From an uncultured Gemmatimonadaceae bacterium (lineage in GTDB: Bacteria; Gemmatimonadota; Gemmatimonadetes; Gemmatimonadales; Gemmatimonadaceae): a DNA stretch of 64,000 nucleotides. Location of the stretch: the NCBI GenBank assembly GCA_963843845.1, contig CAWJMB010000002.1, positions 1,248,001 to 1,312,000 of the forward strand, read 5' to 3'. Under the pieces are notes generated by a model. It ran no database searches, was not told the origin of the DNA, and saw only the letters and a list, made by a program, of their open reading frames with translations. A program made the position numbers and the translations under genes. This document shows, piece after piece, positions 31,555 through 42,700 of this stretch; position 1 is the stretch's first letter, and the number at the start of each line of letters is the position of its first letter.

Positions 31555-32102
31555 CACTCGATCTCGGGTGTTCCGGTCCGGCGGTTGGCGACGCGGGCCA
31601 GCACGAACAGCAGATCGGAGAGGCGGTTCAGGTAGCGCAGCGCCAGCTCCGGAAGTTCGATCTCGCGCGCCAGCGCGACGACTCGGCGCTCGGCCCGCCG
31701 ACACACGGTCCTCGCGACATGGAGCGCGGCGGCCTTCGGCGTGCCGCCCGGGAGGATGAACGCCTTCAGCGGCTCCAGCTCGGCCTCACCGTCGTCGATC
31801 GCACGTTCCAACTCGGCGATGCGGCTCTCGTCGATGCGGGCCTTGTCGAGATGCGCGTGCATCTTGTCGCGGTCGGGCGTCGCGAGGAGGGCGCCGATGG
31901 CGAACAGGTCGCGCTGGATGGGCGTCAGGACGTCGTCGATGCGCGGCATCCGCTCGATGGCGTACGCGAGGCCCAGGGTGGCGTTCAGCTCGTCGACGTC
32001 GCCGTAGGCCTCGACGCGCGGGTGGCTCTTGTCGACGCGGCCGCCGCCGAACAGGCCGGTGCTGCCCTCGTCGCCGGTGCGAGTGTAGATGCGCAATGTC
32101 AT
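31551..32102 (-). CDS. pduO: PduO-type ATP:cob(I)alamin adenosyltransferase
   Basis: IYTRTGDEGST, AYGDVDELN, FILPGG, ARTVCRRAERR, YLNRLSDLLFVLAR. Confidence 0.93.
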   Translation of the reverse strand: MTLRIYTRTGDEGSTGLFGGGRVDKSHPRVEAYGDVDELNATLGLAYAIERMPRIDDVLTPIQRDLFAIGALLATPDRDKMHAHLDKARIDESRIAELERAIDDGEAELEPLKAFILPGGTPKAAALHVARTVCRRAERRVVALAREIELPELALRYLNRLSDLLFVLARVANRRTGTPEIEW

Positions 32103-32317
32103 GGCAGGAAACTACGGTCGAAGTTCCAGTGGTGTAAGGACTTATGCCTGTCGAACCGGCCGACGGCCCGCGCGTCGCCTCCCGCTGTCGCCGCTGCGTT
32201 CGGCAGTCGCCGTTCCGTTCCGCCGGTGCGGGGGCGTTCCGCGGCTCCAGTCGTGCTCCGCGTGTCCGGCCCTGCCACATCGCGGTGCGTCCGGCCGTCC
32301 GCATGTAGCTTCCCCCA

Positions 32318-33469
32318 ATGTCGCCCGACGCCTCGCCACGCCCGCTTTCCCTGCTCCGGGCGATGATCGACTCGCTCGATCGCGAGTTGCTGCACGTGAT
32401 GGCGCAGCGCATGGCGCTCGTAGCCGAAGTCGCGGCGTACAAGCGGCAGCACGGCGTGCACATCCGCGACGCCGCGCGCGAGCGCGAGGTGCTCGACGAT
32501 CGGGCGCGCCGCGCGGAGGCGCTCGGGCTGCCGGCCGGCGAGGTGGAGTCGATCTTCCGGCTGCTGCTGCGCGCGAGCCGCGATCAGCAGTTCGCGCTGC
32601 GCGCCGAGCAGGCGCTCGACGAACCGGTACGGACTGTCGCGGTCGTCGGTGGCGACGGGCGGATGGGGCGGATGCTCGGGCAGATGTTCGGGGACCTCGG
32701 ACACCGCGTGCTCGTCGCCGACGTCGACACGACGCTGCGCGCGGCGGAGGCGGCGGCGCTCGCCGACGTCACGGTCGTCAGTGTTCCGATCGACGAGACC
32801 GAGCGTGTCGTGCGCGAGATCGGTCCGTACGTGCGGCCGGATGCGGCGCTCGTCGACGTGACCAGCGTGAAGGAGGGCCCGGTCGCCGCGATGCTCGCCG
32901 CGACCGTGACGACGGGTGCGAGCGTCGTCGGCACGCACCCGATGTTCGGGCCGACGGTGCACACGCTGCAGGGACAGCGTGTCGTCGTCTGCCGGGCGCG
33001 CGGCGACGTCTGGGCCGACTGGGTCGTGCGCACGTTCGCCGGGCGCGGGATGATCGTCACCGAGACGACACCGGCGGCGCACGACCGCGCGATGGCGATC
33101 GTGCAGGTGCTGACGCACTTCCAGACGCAGGTTTCGGGGCTCACGCTCGCCCGGCTCGGCGTGCCCCTCGACGAGACGCTGCGCTTCACGTCGCCCGCGT
33201 ACCTGCTCGAGCTCTACGTCGCGGCGCGCCATTTCGCCCAGTCGCCGTCGCTCTACGGGCCGATCGAGATGCGCAACCCTCGCTCGGTCGACGTCACGGC
33301 GACCTTCGAGGCGTCAGTGCGCGAGGTCGCCGAGATCATCGTGACCGGGGACCAACTGCGGTTCTCGGCGATGTTCGACGAAGTGCGGGCGTTCTTCGGC
33401 GAGTTCACCGGCGAGGCGCTCGAGCAGTCGGCGTTCCTCATCGACCGCATCGTCGAGCGGAGCGGGTGA
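32318..33469 (+). CDS. tyrA: bifunctional chorismate mutase/prephenate dehydrogenase
   Basis: LRAMIDSLDRELL (CM domain), VVGGDGRMG, DVTSVK, HPMFGP, HDRAMAIVQVLTHF. Confidence 0.9.
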   Translation: MSPDASPRPLSLLRAMIDSLDRELLHVMAQRMALVAEVAAYKRQHGVHIRDAAREREVLDDRARRAEALGLPAGEVESIFRLLLRASRDQQFALRAEQALDEPVRTVAVVGGDGRMGRMLGQMFGDLGHRVLVADVDTTLRAAEAAALADVTVVSVPIDETERVVREIGPYVRPDAALVDVTSVKEGPVAAMLAATVTTGASVVGTHPMFGPTVHTLQGQRVVVCRARGDVWADWVVRTFAGRGMIVTETTPAAHDRAMAIVQVLTHFQTQVSGLTLARLGVPLDETLRFTSPAYLLELYVAARHFAQSPSLYGPIEMRNPRSVDVTATFEASVREVAEIIVTGDQLRFSAMFDEVRAFFGEFTGEALEQSAFLIDRIVERSG

Positions 33470-33500
33470 GCGCCGGCGCCCGGCGATTACCTTGTGGCCC

Positions 33501-34536
33501 ATGAGTCATCCGATCACCGACATCACGATCATCGGCGGCGGCCCGACGGGCATGTTCGCCTCCTTCTACGCCGGCATGCGCGGCGCGACCGCGCAGATCG
33601 TCGACGCCCTCCCCCAGCTCGGCGGCCAGCTCACGGCGCTCTACCCGGAGAAGTACATCTTCGACGTCGCCGGCTTTCCGCAGGTGCTCGCGAAGGATCT
33701 CGTCAGGTCGCTCGCCGAGCAGGCGGCGCGGTGGGGCTTTCCGGCGCACCTCAACCAGCGCGTCACCGGACTCGAGGAAGGGGCCGACGAGCGCGGACGC
33801 CACTTCGTGCTCGTCACGGAGACCGACCGCTTCCCGACGCGCGTCGCTCGTCATCGCTGCCGGCATCGGCGCGTTCTCGCCGCGCCGCCTGCCGCAGCCG
33901 TGTGCGGAGGGGTGGTACGGGCGCGGGATCTACGACGTGGTGACCAACCCCGACGACTACCGCGGCCAGCGGGTCGTCATCATCGGCGGCGGCGACTCGG
34001 CGTTCGACTGGGGAACGCAGCTCGTCGGGCGCGCCGAGCACGTGACGCTCGTGCACCGCTCCGACCGATTCCGCGCGCACGGCGCGACGGTGGCCGAGTT
34101 CGACGCCGCGGTGCGGGCGGGGAAGGCGACGCTCCACACCTTCCACGAGCTGGCCGACATCCGCCCGCACGAGAGCGGCGAGCGGTTCAGCCACATCGTC
34201 CTGAAGGACATCAAGGCGAAGACGACGCGCGAGCTCGAGGCGGACGTCGTGCTGCCGATGCTCGGCTTCGTCAGCGACCTCGGGCCGTTAGGCAGTTGGG
34301 GGCTGACGCTCGACAAAGACGAGATCGTCGTCGGCACGACGATGGAGACGGGGCGCGCAGGGCTGTGGGCCGCGGGGGACATCACGACGTATCCCGGCAA
34401 GCTCAAGCTGATCGCGTCCGGGTTCTCGGAGGCGGCGATCGCGGTGAACCAGGCGGTGCACTGGGTCTATCCGGAGAAGAAGGTCACGCCGGGGCACAGC
34501 TCGAACCTCGCGGTCTTCGGGCAGAAGGACGATTAG
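33501..34536 (+). CDS. TrxB-type ferredoxin--NADP reductase (frameshift near 33845)
   Basis: IIGGGPTG, LGGQLTALYPEKYIFDVAGF, IIGGGDSAFDW, AAGDITTYPGKLKLI, PGHSS. Confidence 0.88.
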
Positions 34537-34539
34537 CGG

Positions 34540-35462
34540 TCAGTCGTACCGCACCCGCGGATCGGCCTTCGCGTACGCCAGGTCGGTCAGCAGGTTCACG
34601 AGCACGAACACCGCGCTCAGGAACAGCACCGACCCCTGGATCGCCGGCAGGTCGCGCCGCGCTGATCGCGTTCACGACGTAGCGGCCGAGTCCCGGCCAC
34701 GAGAAGATCGTCTCGGTGAGGATGCTGCCCGTGAGGTAGTAGCCGAAGTCGAGGCCGAGCACCGTGATGACCGGGATGAGCGCGTTGCGCAGCCCGTGGC
34801 GCAGCACGACGGCGCGCTCGGCGAGTCCCTTCGCGCGCGCCGTGCGCACGAAATCGCCGCCCAGCACCTCGAGCATCGCCGAGCGGGTGACGCGGGCGAG
34901 GAACGCGACCGAGCGCATGCCTAGCGCGAGCGCCGGCAGGATCAGGTACTTCACGCCGCCGTAGCCGCTCGGCGGGAGCCAGCGGAGCGTCACGCGCGAA
35001 CAGCAGCACGAGCAGCAGCCCGACCCAGTAGACGGGGAACGAGATGCCGAGGTATGCGCCGCCCAGGGCGAGCCGGTCGACCCAGCCGCCCGGCCGCCGC
35101 GCGGAGAGGACGCCGATCGTGATCCCGGTGACCGAGGCGAGGAGCATGGCCGCGCCGGCGAGGAGCAGCGTCTTCGGAAACCGCTCGGCGACGTCGCGCG
35201 CGATCGGGCGGTTCGTGATGAACGAGCGGCCGAGGTCGCCCGGAGAATGCCGGCGGCGTAGAGCGCGAACTGCGTCGGGAGCGGCTCGTCGAGGTGGAGC
35301 TCGTGCCCGCAGGCGCGCGATCGTCGCCGCGTCGGCGCGCTCGCCGACCATCTCCTGCACCGGATCGCCCGGGGCGACGTAGAGCAGCAGGAAGACGACG
35401 ACGAGCACGCCGAGGAGCGTCGGGATCGCGAGCAGGAGGCGGCGGGCGAGAACGGAGAACAT
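34540..35462 (-). CDS. peptide/nickel ABC transporter permease, DppB-like (frameshifted)
   Basis: RRLLLAIPTLLGV, APGDP, GDLGRSF, DFVRTARAKGL, TETIFSWPGLG, DPRVRY. Confidence 0.88.
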
Positions 35463-35475
35463 CAGCGGACGGCCG

Positions 35476-37088
35476 TCACCTCACCGCGTGCCCATTCGAC
35501 TCCAACCGCACGCCCGTCATCGCTGGCCGTTGAAGATCGACGGCACCTGGAAGCCGCGGATCCACGGCTGGATGGCGTAGAGCTCGTTGTAGAAGAAGAG
35601 GTACGCCATCGGCGCGTCGTCGAACGCGATCGCGTCGGCCTCGCGCGCGAGAGCGCGGTGCGCTGCGCGTCGTCCGGCCGTGCGGCGGGCGAGCGAGCAC
35701 GAGCGAGTCGAACGTCGCGCGTTCGAGAAGAACGACACGTTGCCGCCGACGCCCTTGCTCGCCGAGTGGAGCAGCGGATAGAGGAACGCGTCGGCGTCGG
35801 GGTAGTCGGCCCACCAGTCCTTCACCATGAGATCGACCTGTCCGTTGCGCGCGGCCTCGCGCACGCTCGACGCGTCGCGCTGCACGATCTTGGCGCGGAT
35901 GCCGACCTTGGCGAGGTAGCCCTGGATCGTCTGCGCGAGGCGCGAGAACGTCGCGTCCTGCGACACCCAGAGCTCGACGTCGATGCCGTTCGGGTGGCCG
36001 GCGTCGGTCAGGAGGCGGCGGGCGGCCGCGGTATCGTATGCGTAGGGCGCGCGCGCGGTCCCCGTCGAGTCGAGCGCCGGGGGGACGACGCCGGCGGCGA
36101 GCTTTCCGCGCCCCGCGATGAGCCGGTCGAGAATCGTGCGCGTGTCGATCGCATGGTTGATCGCCTGCCGCACGCGCTCGTCGGCGAGCGGGCCGCGCGT
36201 CGTGTTGATCGCCACGTAGTAGAGCCGGAGCGCCGGAGCGCTCTGGAGGCGCGCCGCCTTGTCGTCGGTCTGCTCCCAGTTGCGCGTCTCCCCTTCCGGA
36301 ACCTGCAGCAGGTCGACGTTGCCGCTCTCGAACTCCGCCTGCGCGGTGCTCGGCTCCGGGATGATGCGGGCGACGAGCGTGTCGATGGCGGGCTTCTCGC
36401 CGAAGTAGGCGGGGTTGCGTGCGAACTTCAGGTAGTCGTCGTGCTTCCACTCGACGAACTTCCACGGGCCGGTGCCGATCGGCTTCTGCCCGAGGTCCGC
36501 GCCCGCCGTCGACGGCACGATCGCGGCGACCGGCATGGCGAGGAACTTCGGGAAGATGGTGAGCGGCTCTCGGAGCGTGATGCGGACGGTGCTGTCGTCG
36601 ACCGCGGTGACGCCGCCCAACGATCTCGCCTGGCCGCCGAAGAACTCCGCCGCGCCGCGAATCGGCATGAGCGGCCACGTGCGTCCGGCCGAGCTGCCCG
36701 GCGCGAGCACGCGCTGGAAGCTGAACACGACGGCGGCGGCCGTGAACGGGGTGCCGTCGTGGAACGTGACGCCGCTCCGCAGATGAAAGGTGTACGTCAG
36801 CCCGTCGGGGGACACGTCCCACCGCGTCGCGAGCGCCGGGACGACCCGCGCGTCGGGCGTGAAGCGCGTGAGGCCATCGAAGACGTAGCTCACGGCGCGC
36901 CCGGTCGGCACGTCGGTCGAGAGCGCGGGGTCGAGTGAGCGCGGGTCGTAGGTGTCGCGCGAGTCGACGAGGCGGTGCCGGCCGGACGACGCGTCGCCCC
37001 CGGTGCCGGTGCAGGCGAGCGCGCCGCCGACGAGCGCGCTAGCGAGCGCGCCGGCGGCGAGTGTGCAGAGGGCGGAGTGCCGGCGCAT
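35476..37088 (-). CDS. ABC transporter substrate-binding lipoprotein, family 5 (frameshifts near C-terminus)
   Basis: GALAC lipobox-like, SLDPA, YTFHLRSGVTFHDGTPF, PIGTGPWKF, RVRQAINHAID. Confidence 0.9.
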
Positions 37089-37211
37089 GAGAGCTGGGAT
37101 GGTGACTGCGCGACGGTTGACATCACCTTCGCGCGGGCGAGAACTTACCCCGTTCGCTCCGAGGCCGTCAACGCGCGTCGTCGTGCGGCTCCCTCTGCAT
37201 CGATCCCCGCC

Positions 37212-37499
37212 GTGACTCCGTCTCCGCGCACCGCTCCTACCGTTCGTCGCCCGGCGCGGGTCGTGCGCCCGGTCGCCCCTGGCGAGTTCGCGCCGACCTA
37301 CGTCACACGCGGGCGCCTCACGCCGGGCGAGATGGGGACCGCCGTCGGGGTCGGCATGAGCCTCGCGCTGCTCGGCTTCTACCTCGCGAAGCTGTGGCTG
37401 GAGCGCGGACCGGTGCTTCCGCCGGCACCCCCGGCCGCCGCCGACGAGGCCAGCCCGACCCGGGGCGGCACGATCACGCCGCAGCGCGCGGCGACGTGA
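37212..37499 (+). CDS. small hypothetical membrane protein
   Basis: single TM AVGVGMSLALLGFYLAKLWL; stop overlaps the GTG of the next gene. Confidence 0.5.
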   Translation: MTPSPRTAPTVRRPARVVRPVAPGEFAPTYVTRGRLTPGEMGTAVGVGMSLALLGFYLAKLWLERGPVLPPAPPAAADEASPTRGGTITPQRAAT

Positions 37500-39718
37500 C
37501 GTCCCGACGCGGGCGATTCGCGCTCGCGTTGGGCACGCTCGCCGCCGCCCTGCTCGGCGCCGCCGACGGCGGCGCGCAGGACCTCACCTGCCAGGCCGGC
37601 GACCGCGAAGTGCGCGCGCTCCGCTTCACCGGGAACGCCGCGTTCGACGACACGGAGCTCGGCAACGTCGTCGTCACGACGCCGTCGTCCGCGCTCAGTC
37701 GACTGCGCGTCGTCGGCACGCGCCGCTGTCTCGACCCGGTCGAATTCGCGCGCGACGTCATCCGGCTGGAGGCGTACTACCGCAAGCGCGGGTACCCGAC
37801 GGCGACGATCGACACGACCGTGCAGCGCGTGCCGGGCAGCACGGGACGCCGCGTCGACGTCACCTTCCGCGTGAACGAGGGAGCAGCGCAGCGGCTCGAT
37901 CGCATCACGGTCACGGGGCTCGCCGGCGTGCGCGACTCGGCACGCGTGCTGCGCGGACAGCCGCTGCGCGCCGGGGCGGTGTTCGACCGGGTCGCGCTCG
38001 AGGCGTTCCGTGACACCATCGTGCAGCGGCTGCACAGCAGCGGCTACCCGCGCGCCGAGGCGCTGCGCAGCTTCAGTACCCTGGGCGACAGCGTGACGGC
38101 CGGGATCGACGTGCAGCCCGGTCCGTTCACGCGCATCGGCACCGTCGTCGTGCGCGTCGACACGAGCGGCACGAACCGGCAGCGCATTCCCGACGCCGCC
38201 GTGCGCCGCATGGTCGGCGTGCAGCCAGGCGATCCGTACAGCGCGGCCGACATCATCGCCGCGCAGCGTACCCTGTACCAGACGGATGCCTACCGCCGAG
38301 TCGACGTGCGCGTCGACACGACCGGGATGCGCGACTCGCTCGTCACGCTCGTCGTCGGGCTGCAGGAGGGGAAGCTGCACACCATCCGCGCCTCGCCAGG
38401 CTGGGCGACGCTCGACTGCTTCCGCGTGCAGGGCGACTTCACGGACCGCTTCTTCCTGCCGCGCGCACAGCGCCTCGACGTACAGGTCCGTCTGTCGCGC
38501 ATCGGGATCGGCAAGCCGTTGGGCGGGGCGCCGCAACTCTGCCCGCAGGCGCGCGACGACCCGTTCAGCGACCGACTGAACTACTACCTCGGCGCGACGG
38601 TCGCGCAGCCGGCGTTCTTTCGCCTGAACCGCGTGCCGTCGCTCACGCTGTTCACGTCGCAGACCTCCGAGTACAAGGCGTTCAGACGACGCACGTCGGT
38701 CGGCACGCAGCTCTCGCTCACGAGTCGTCCCGGCTCGCGGCTGCCGAGCACGCTCACGTATCAGTTCGAGCTCGGGCAGACGGAGGCGGGCGCGGTGATC
38801 TTCTGCGCCGTCTTCTCGGCGTGCACGCCGGCGGAGCGCGACCGGCGATCGCGCAACGTGCCGTTAGGCGCCATCGGCTACACCCTCGTGCGCGACGCGA
38901 CCGACGACCTGCTCACCCCGACGCGCGGCAGTCTCCAGCGGATCACGCTGCGCCACTCGTCGGCGTTCACGGGGTCGGACGCGACACAGCGGTTCAACAA
39001 GGTCGTGACCGACGCGAGCTGGTACTGGCGTGCGAACGACGGCAGCACGTTCATCGCGCATGTGCAGCTCGGCAGTCTGCTGGGCCGGGGGGGGGGCGGC
39101 GCGCCGCAGCAGGAGCGCCTCTACGCCGGCGGCCCGACGACGGTGCGCGGCTTCCGGCAGAACGAGCTCGGGCCGGCGGTCTACCTCGCGTCGCGCTACG
39201 ACACGGTGCGCGCGGGGGGGGACACCGTCTACTTCCGCCAGGCCAGCACGACGCGGCAGGAGCGCACGATCCCCACGGGAGGGAACACGCTGGTCGTCGC
39301 CAACGTCGAGGCGCAGCTGCGCAGCCCGATCCTGCCCAACCTGTTGCAGCTCGCGCTGTTCACCGACGCCGGCGAAGTGTGGGAGCGCGGGACGTCGAGC
39401 GCGGCGTTCCGCCGGCTGCAGATCACGCCGGGCGCCGGCGTGCGGGTGAAATCGCTGTTCGGCGTCATTCGCGTCGACCTCGGGTACAACCCGTACGCGC
39501 TCCGCAGCGGGGCGGCGTACCGCATCGAGTCGACGGCGAGTGGAGACGGGCAGTCGCTGTTCTGCGTCAGCCCCGGCAACACGCTCGCCGTCACCGGGCT
39601 CGCGACCGGACGTCCGTCACAGCAGAGCGGCGACTGCCCGACCACGTTTCAACCCAGCACGCCGAGCGGGTTCCTCCGGCGGCTGAATCCGAGCATCTGG
39701 ATCGGTAACGCGTTCTAG
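37496..39718 (+). CDS. tamA: BamA/TamA (Omp85) family outer membrane protein
   Basis: signal peptide, POTRA-like repeats (LRFTGN, YYRKRGY, GYPRA), YAGGPTTVRGF, C-terminal IGNAF; precedes TamB. Confidence 0.85.
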   Translation: MTSRRGRFALALGTLAAALLGAADGGAQDLTCQAGDREVRALRFTGNAAFDDTELGNVVVTTPSSALSRLRVVGTRRCLDPVEFARDVIRLEAYYRKRGYPTATIDTTVQRVPGSTGRRVDVTFRVNEGAAQRLDRITVTGLAGVRDSARVLRGQPLRAGAVFDRVALEAFRDTIVQRLHSSGYPRAEALRSFSTLGDSVTAGIDVQPGPFTRIGTVVVRVDTSGTNRQRIPDAAVRRMVGVQPGDPYSAADIIAAQRTLYQTDAYRRVDVRVDTTGMRDSLVTLVVGLQEGKLHTIRASPGWATLDCFRVQGDFTDRFFLPRAQRLDVQVRLSRIGIGKPLGGAPQLCPQARDDPFSDRLNYYLGATVAQPAFFRLNRVPSLTLFTSQTSEYKAFRRRTSVGTQLSLTSRPGSRLPSTLTYQFELGQTEAGAVIFCAVFSACTPAERDRRSRNVPLGAIGYTLVRDATDDLLTPTRGSLQRITLRHSSAFTGSDATQRFNKVVTDASWYWRANDGSTFIAHVQLGSLLGRGGGGAPQQERLYAGGPTTVRGFRQNELGPAVYLASRYDTVRAGGDTVYFRQASTTRQERTIPTGGNTLVVANVEAQLRSPILPNLLQLALFTDAGEVWERGTSSAAFRRLQITPGAGVRVKSLFGVIRVDLGYNPYALRSGAAYRIESTASGDGQSLFCVSPGNTLAVTGLATGRPSQQSGDCPTTFQPSTPSGFLRRLNPSIWIGNAF

Positions 39719-39730
39719 CTCGACATCCCC

Positions 39731-42700
39731 GTGTCCCGTAGAAAAGTCGTCGCGCTCGTCAGCGCCGCGTTCCTCCTCGCCGTCTGCGTCGGCGTGGTGG
39801 CGCTCGTCGTGGGCCTCACGCAGACGGGGACGGGGCAGGACTACGTGACGCGCCTGGTGCGCGAGCAGCTCGCGCCGAACGTGTCAGGCAAGTTGTACGT
39901 GGGGCGCGTGAGCGGCGGCTTCCTCGACGGGGTGCGGATCGACTCGGTGGAGCTGCGCGGCGAGGACGACTCGCTGTTCGTGGCGACGGGCCCCATCCGC
40001 ATCTGGTACGACGTGCGCGACCTGATCGACAAGCGCGTGTTGCTCAAGCGCGTCGAGATCGAACGCCCGACGATCCGGGTCGCGCAGCGCGAGAACGGAC
40101 GCTGGAACTACAAGGAGATCTTCCCCCCGAAGCCGCCGCGCCGCCGCAGCCGGGTGCGCACGTGGGGCGACTTCATCGTCGCCGACTCGGTGCACGTGCG
40201 CGACGGCACGTTCCAGTACATCCAGCCGTGGCGGCCTGCCGACTCGCTGCGCGGCGCCCGCCGCGACAGCGCGATCGCGTACAACGTCGCGCGGCGAGAC
40301 GCGACGATCCGTCGGCGGGTCGACGGACTCGCGCGGACGTACACGTGGCGGAAGATCGACCTCGCGCTGTCGCAGCTCAGCCTCGCCGAGCCGGACAGCG
40401 GGCGACGGACGGCGGAGATCGCGCGGCTCGACGTCGACGAGAGCGACCCGCCGTTTCTGTGGCGCAACATCCGAGGCAGCGCGCGCCAGCAGGGCGACTC
40501 GCTGTGGGTCACGACCACGCACTTCGACCTGCCCGGCTCGACGGGGACGGGACGCGCGCGGGTGACGTGGGGGAGCGGGCTGCCGACGCGCTACGACGTG
40601 TACGTGGTCGGCGACTCGGTGTCGCTCGCCGACGTCGCGTGGGTCTATCCGACGCTGCCGCGCACCGGCGGCGGGACGATGCAGCTGCACCTCTTCAACG
40701 ATCCGCGCAACCTGCGGGTGTTGCAGTACGCGCTGTCGAAGATCGACGTGCGGACCACACGATCGCACCTGACGGGCGCGATGACGTTCGGGGTCGGCGG
40801 GCCCGTGCTGCAGGTGAAGGACGTCGCGGTGCGCGCCGAGCCGATCGACTGGGCGCTGCTCCGCGTGTTCAACGGCAAGCCCTTTCCGTACGATTTCGCG
40901 GGAACGCTGACGGGGACGATCCGCGCGCGCGGCGGCCCGGTGAATCGCTTCGTCGTCGACGACGCGCGGCTGACGTGGGTCGACGGCAACGTGCCGGGTG
41001 CCACGTCGCAGTTCGCGGGGCGCGGGCAGCTCGACATCCTCTTCCCCGCGTTCACCGTCTTCCGCGGCTTCGACCTGGAGGTGCAGCGGCTCGACCTCCG
41101 GACGCCGCGCGCGCTGAACGCGACCTTCCCGCCGCTGGGCGGCACCGTCGACGGCCGCGCGCGGCTCGACTCGCTCTGGCTCGACCTCCGCGTGTCGAAC
41201 GCCGACGTGACGCATCGCGACGGGCCCGGCGAGCCGTCGCGCTTCACCGGCGGCGGCCGCGTCACGATCGGCGACGACTTCCTGCGCTACGACCTCGCGC
41301 TGCAGGCACAGCCGGTGTCGCTCACGACGCTCGCGCGATCGTATCCCGATCTCGTGGCGCGCGGCACGTTCACGGGGCCCGTGACGCTGCGCGGCACGAT
41401 CGACAGTCTGCTCGTGACGACGACGCTCACCGGCGGCGCGGGGACGTTCACGTTCGACGGACTCGTCGACGACTACGAGCCGTCGCTCGCCGTGCGCGGC
41501 CGCGGCACCTTCGCGTCGCTCGACCTGCGCTCGCTCCGCGGCGGCCCGGCGGCGGTGCCGGTCACGCAGCTGACCGGAACGTACGAGAGCGATCTGCGCG
41601 GCTCATCGCTCGCCGACCTCGCCGGCCGGCTGTCGCTCGACCTCGCGCGCTCGACGTTCGCCGGGACCCGCGTCTACGACGGCACGGCGCGGCTCGCGTT
41701 CGGCGACGGCCGAGTGCGCGCCGACTCGCTCGCCATCGACTCGCCGGCCTTCCGCCTCACGGCGCGCGGCGCGCTCGGGCTCGCGGCGGCGACGAGCGAC
41801 ACGATGCGCCTCACGGTCGTGGCCGACTCGCTCGGCGGCCTGCGGCGGTGGATCGGGGGCTCGCCGGCGGCGCCGGATTCGCTGAGCGGCTCGCTCCGGC
41901 TCTCGGGCACGCTCGCCGGCACGCTCGACACGACCGCGACGTCGCTCGGTCTCACGCTCGACGGACGGCTGCGCGGCGACGACCTCGTGCTGCGCGGTCT
42001 GCGCGCGTCGCTCCTCGACGGCACGGTCCGCGTGGCCGACGCGCTGCGGCGTCCGTTCATCGACGCGGCGCTCGGCGCGGACTCGCTCGCCGTCGGGCGG
42101 ATCGCGTTGGGCAGGGCCGACGCGACGTATGTGACCGCCGGCGGTCGGGGCCCGGCGCCCGGCACGCGGGACTCGGGGCGGACCGAGGGGCGCTTCACGC
42201 TGCGCGCGGCCTCGGATTCGGGGCCATCGATCGCCGTCGCCGGGAGCGCCGCGACGTCGCCGGACACGACGCGCGTCACCGTCGACAGCGCGCGGCTCGG
42301 GCTCGCGGCGCAGCACGCGTATCGGCTCGCGGCGCCGGCGAGCGTCGTGCTCGCGACGGCGAACGACGCGATCGTGCTCGATCCGTTCGTGCTGCGCGAC
42401 GAGCTCGGCGCGCAGCTCTCGGTCCGTGGCGCCCTGGGCGACACCGGTGCGGTCAGCGGCGCGCTCGTCGTCGAGCGTCTGCCGCTGGTCGACCTCGCGC
42501 GGCTCGGCGGACTGGTCGGCGGTCGCGGGAGCACGCAGTTCGACGGGCGGCTCGACCTTCGCGCGGCACTCGCCGGCACGCGCGCCGACCCGACGATCGA
42601 CCTCGGCGCGGCGACGCGCCGGGTGGAGGTCGCCGGCGTGGCGATCGATTCGTTGGGCCTCACGGCGCGCTACGCGGCGCGCCGGCTGGCGGCGGACGTG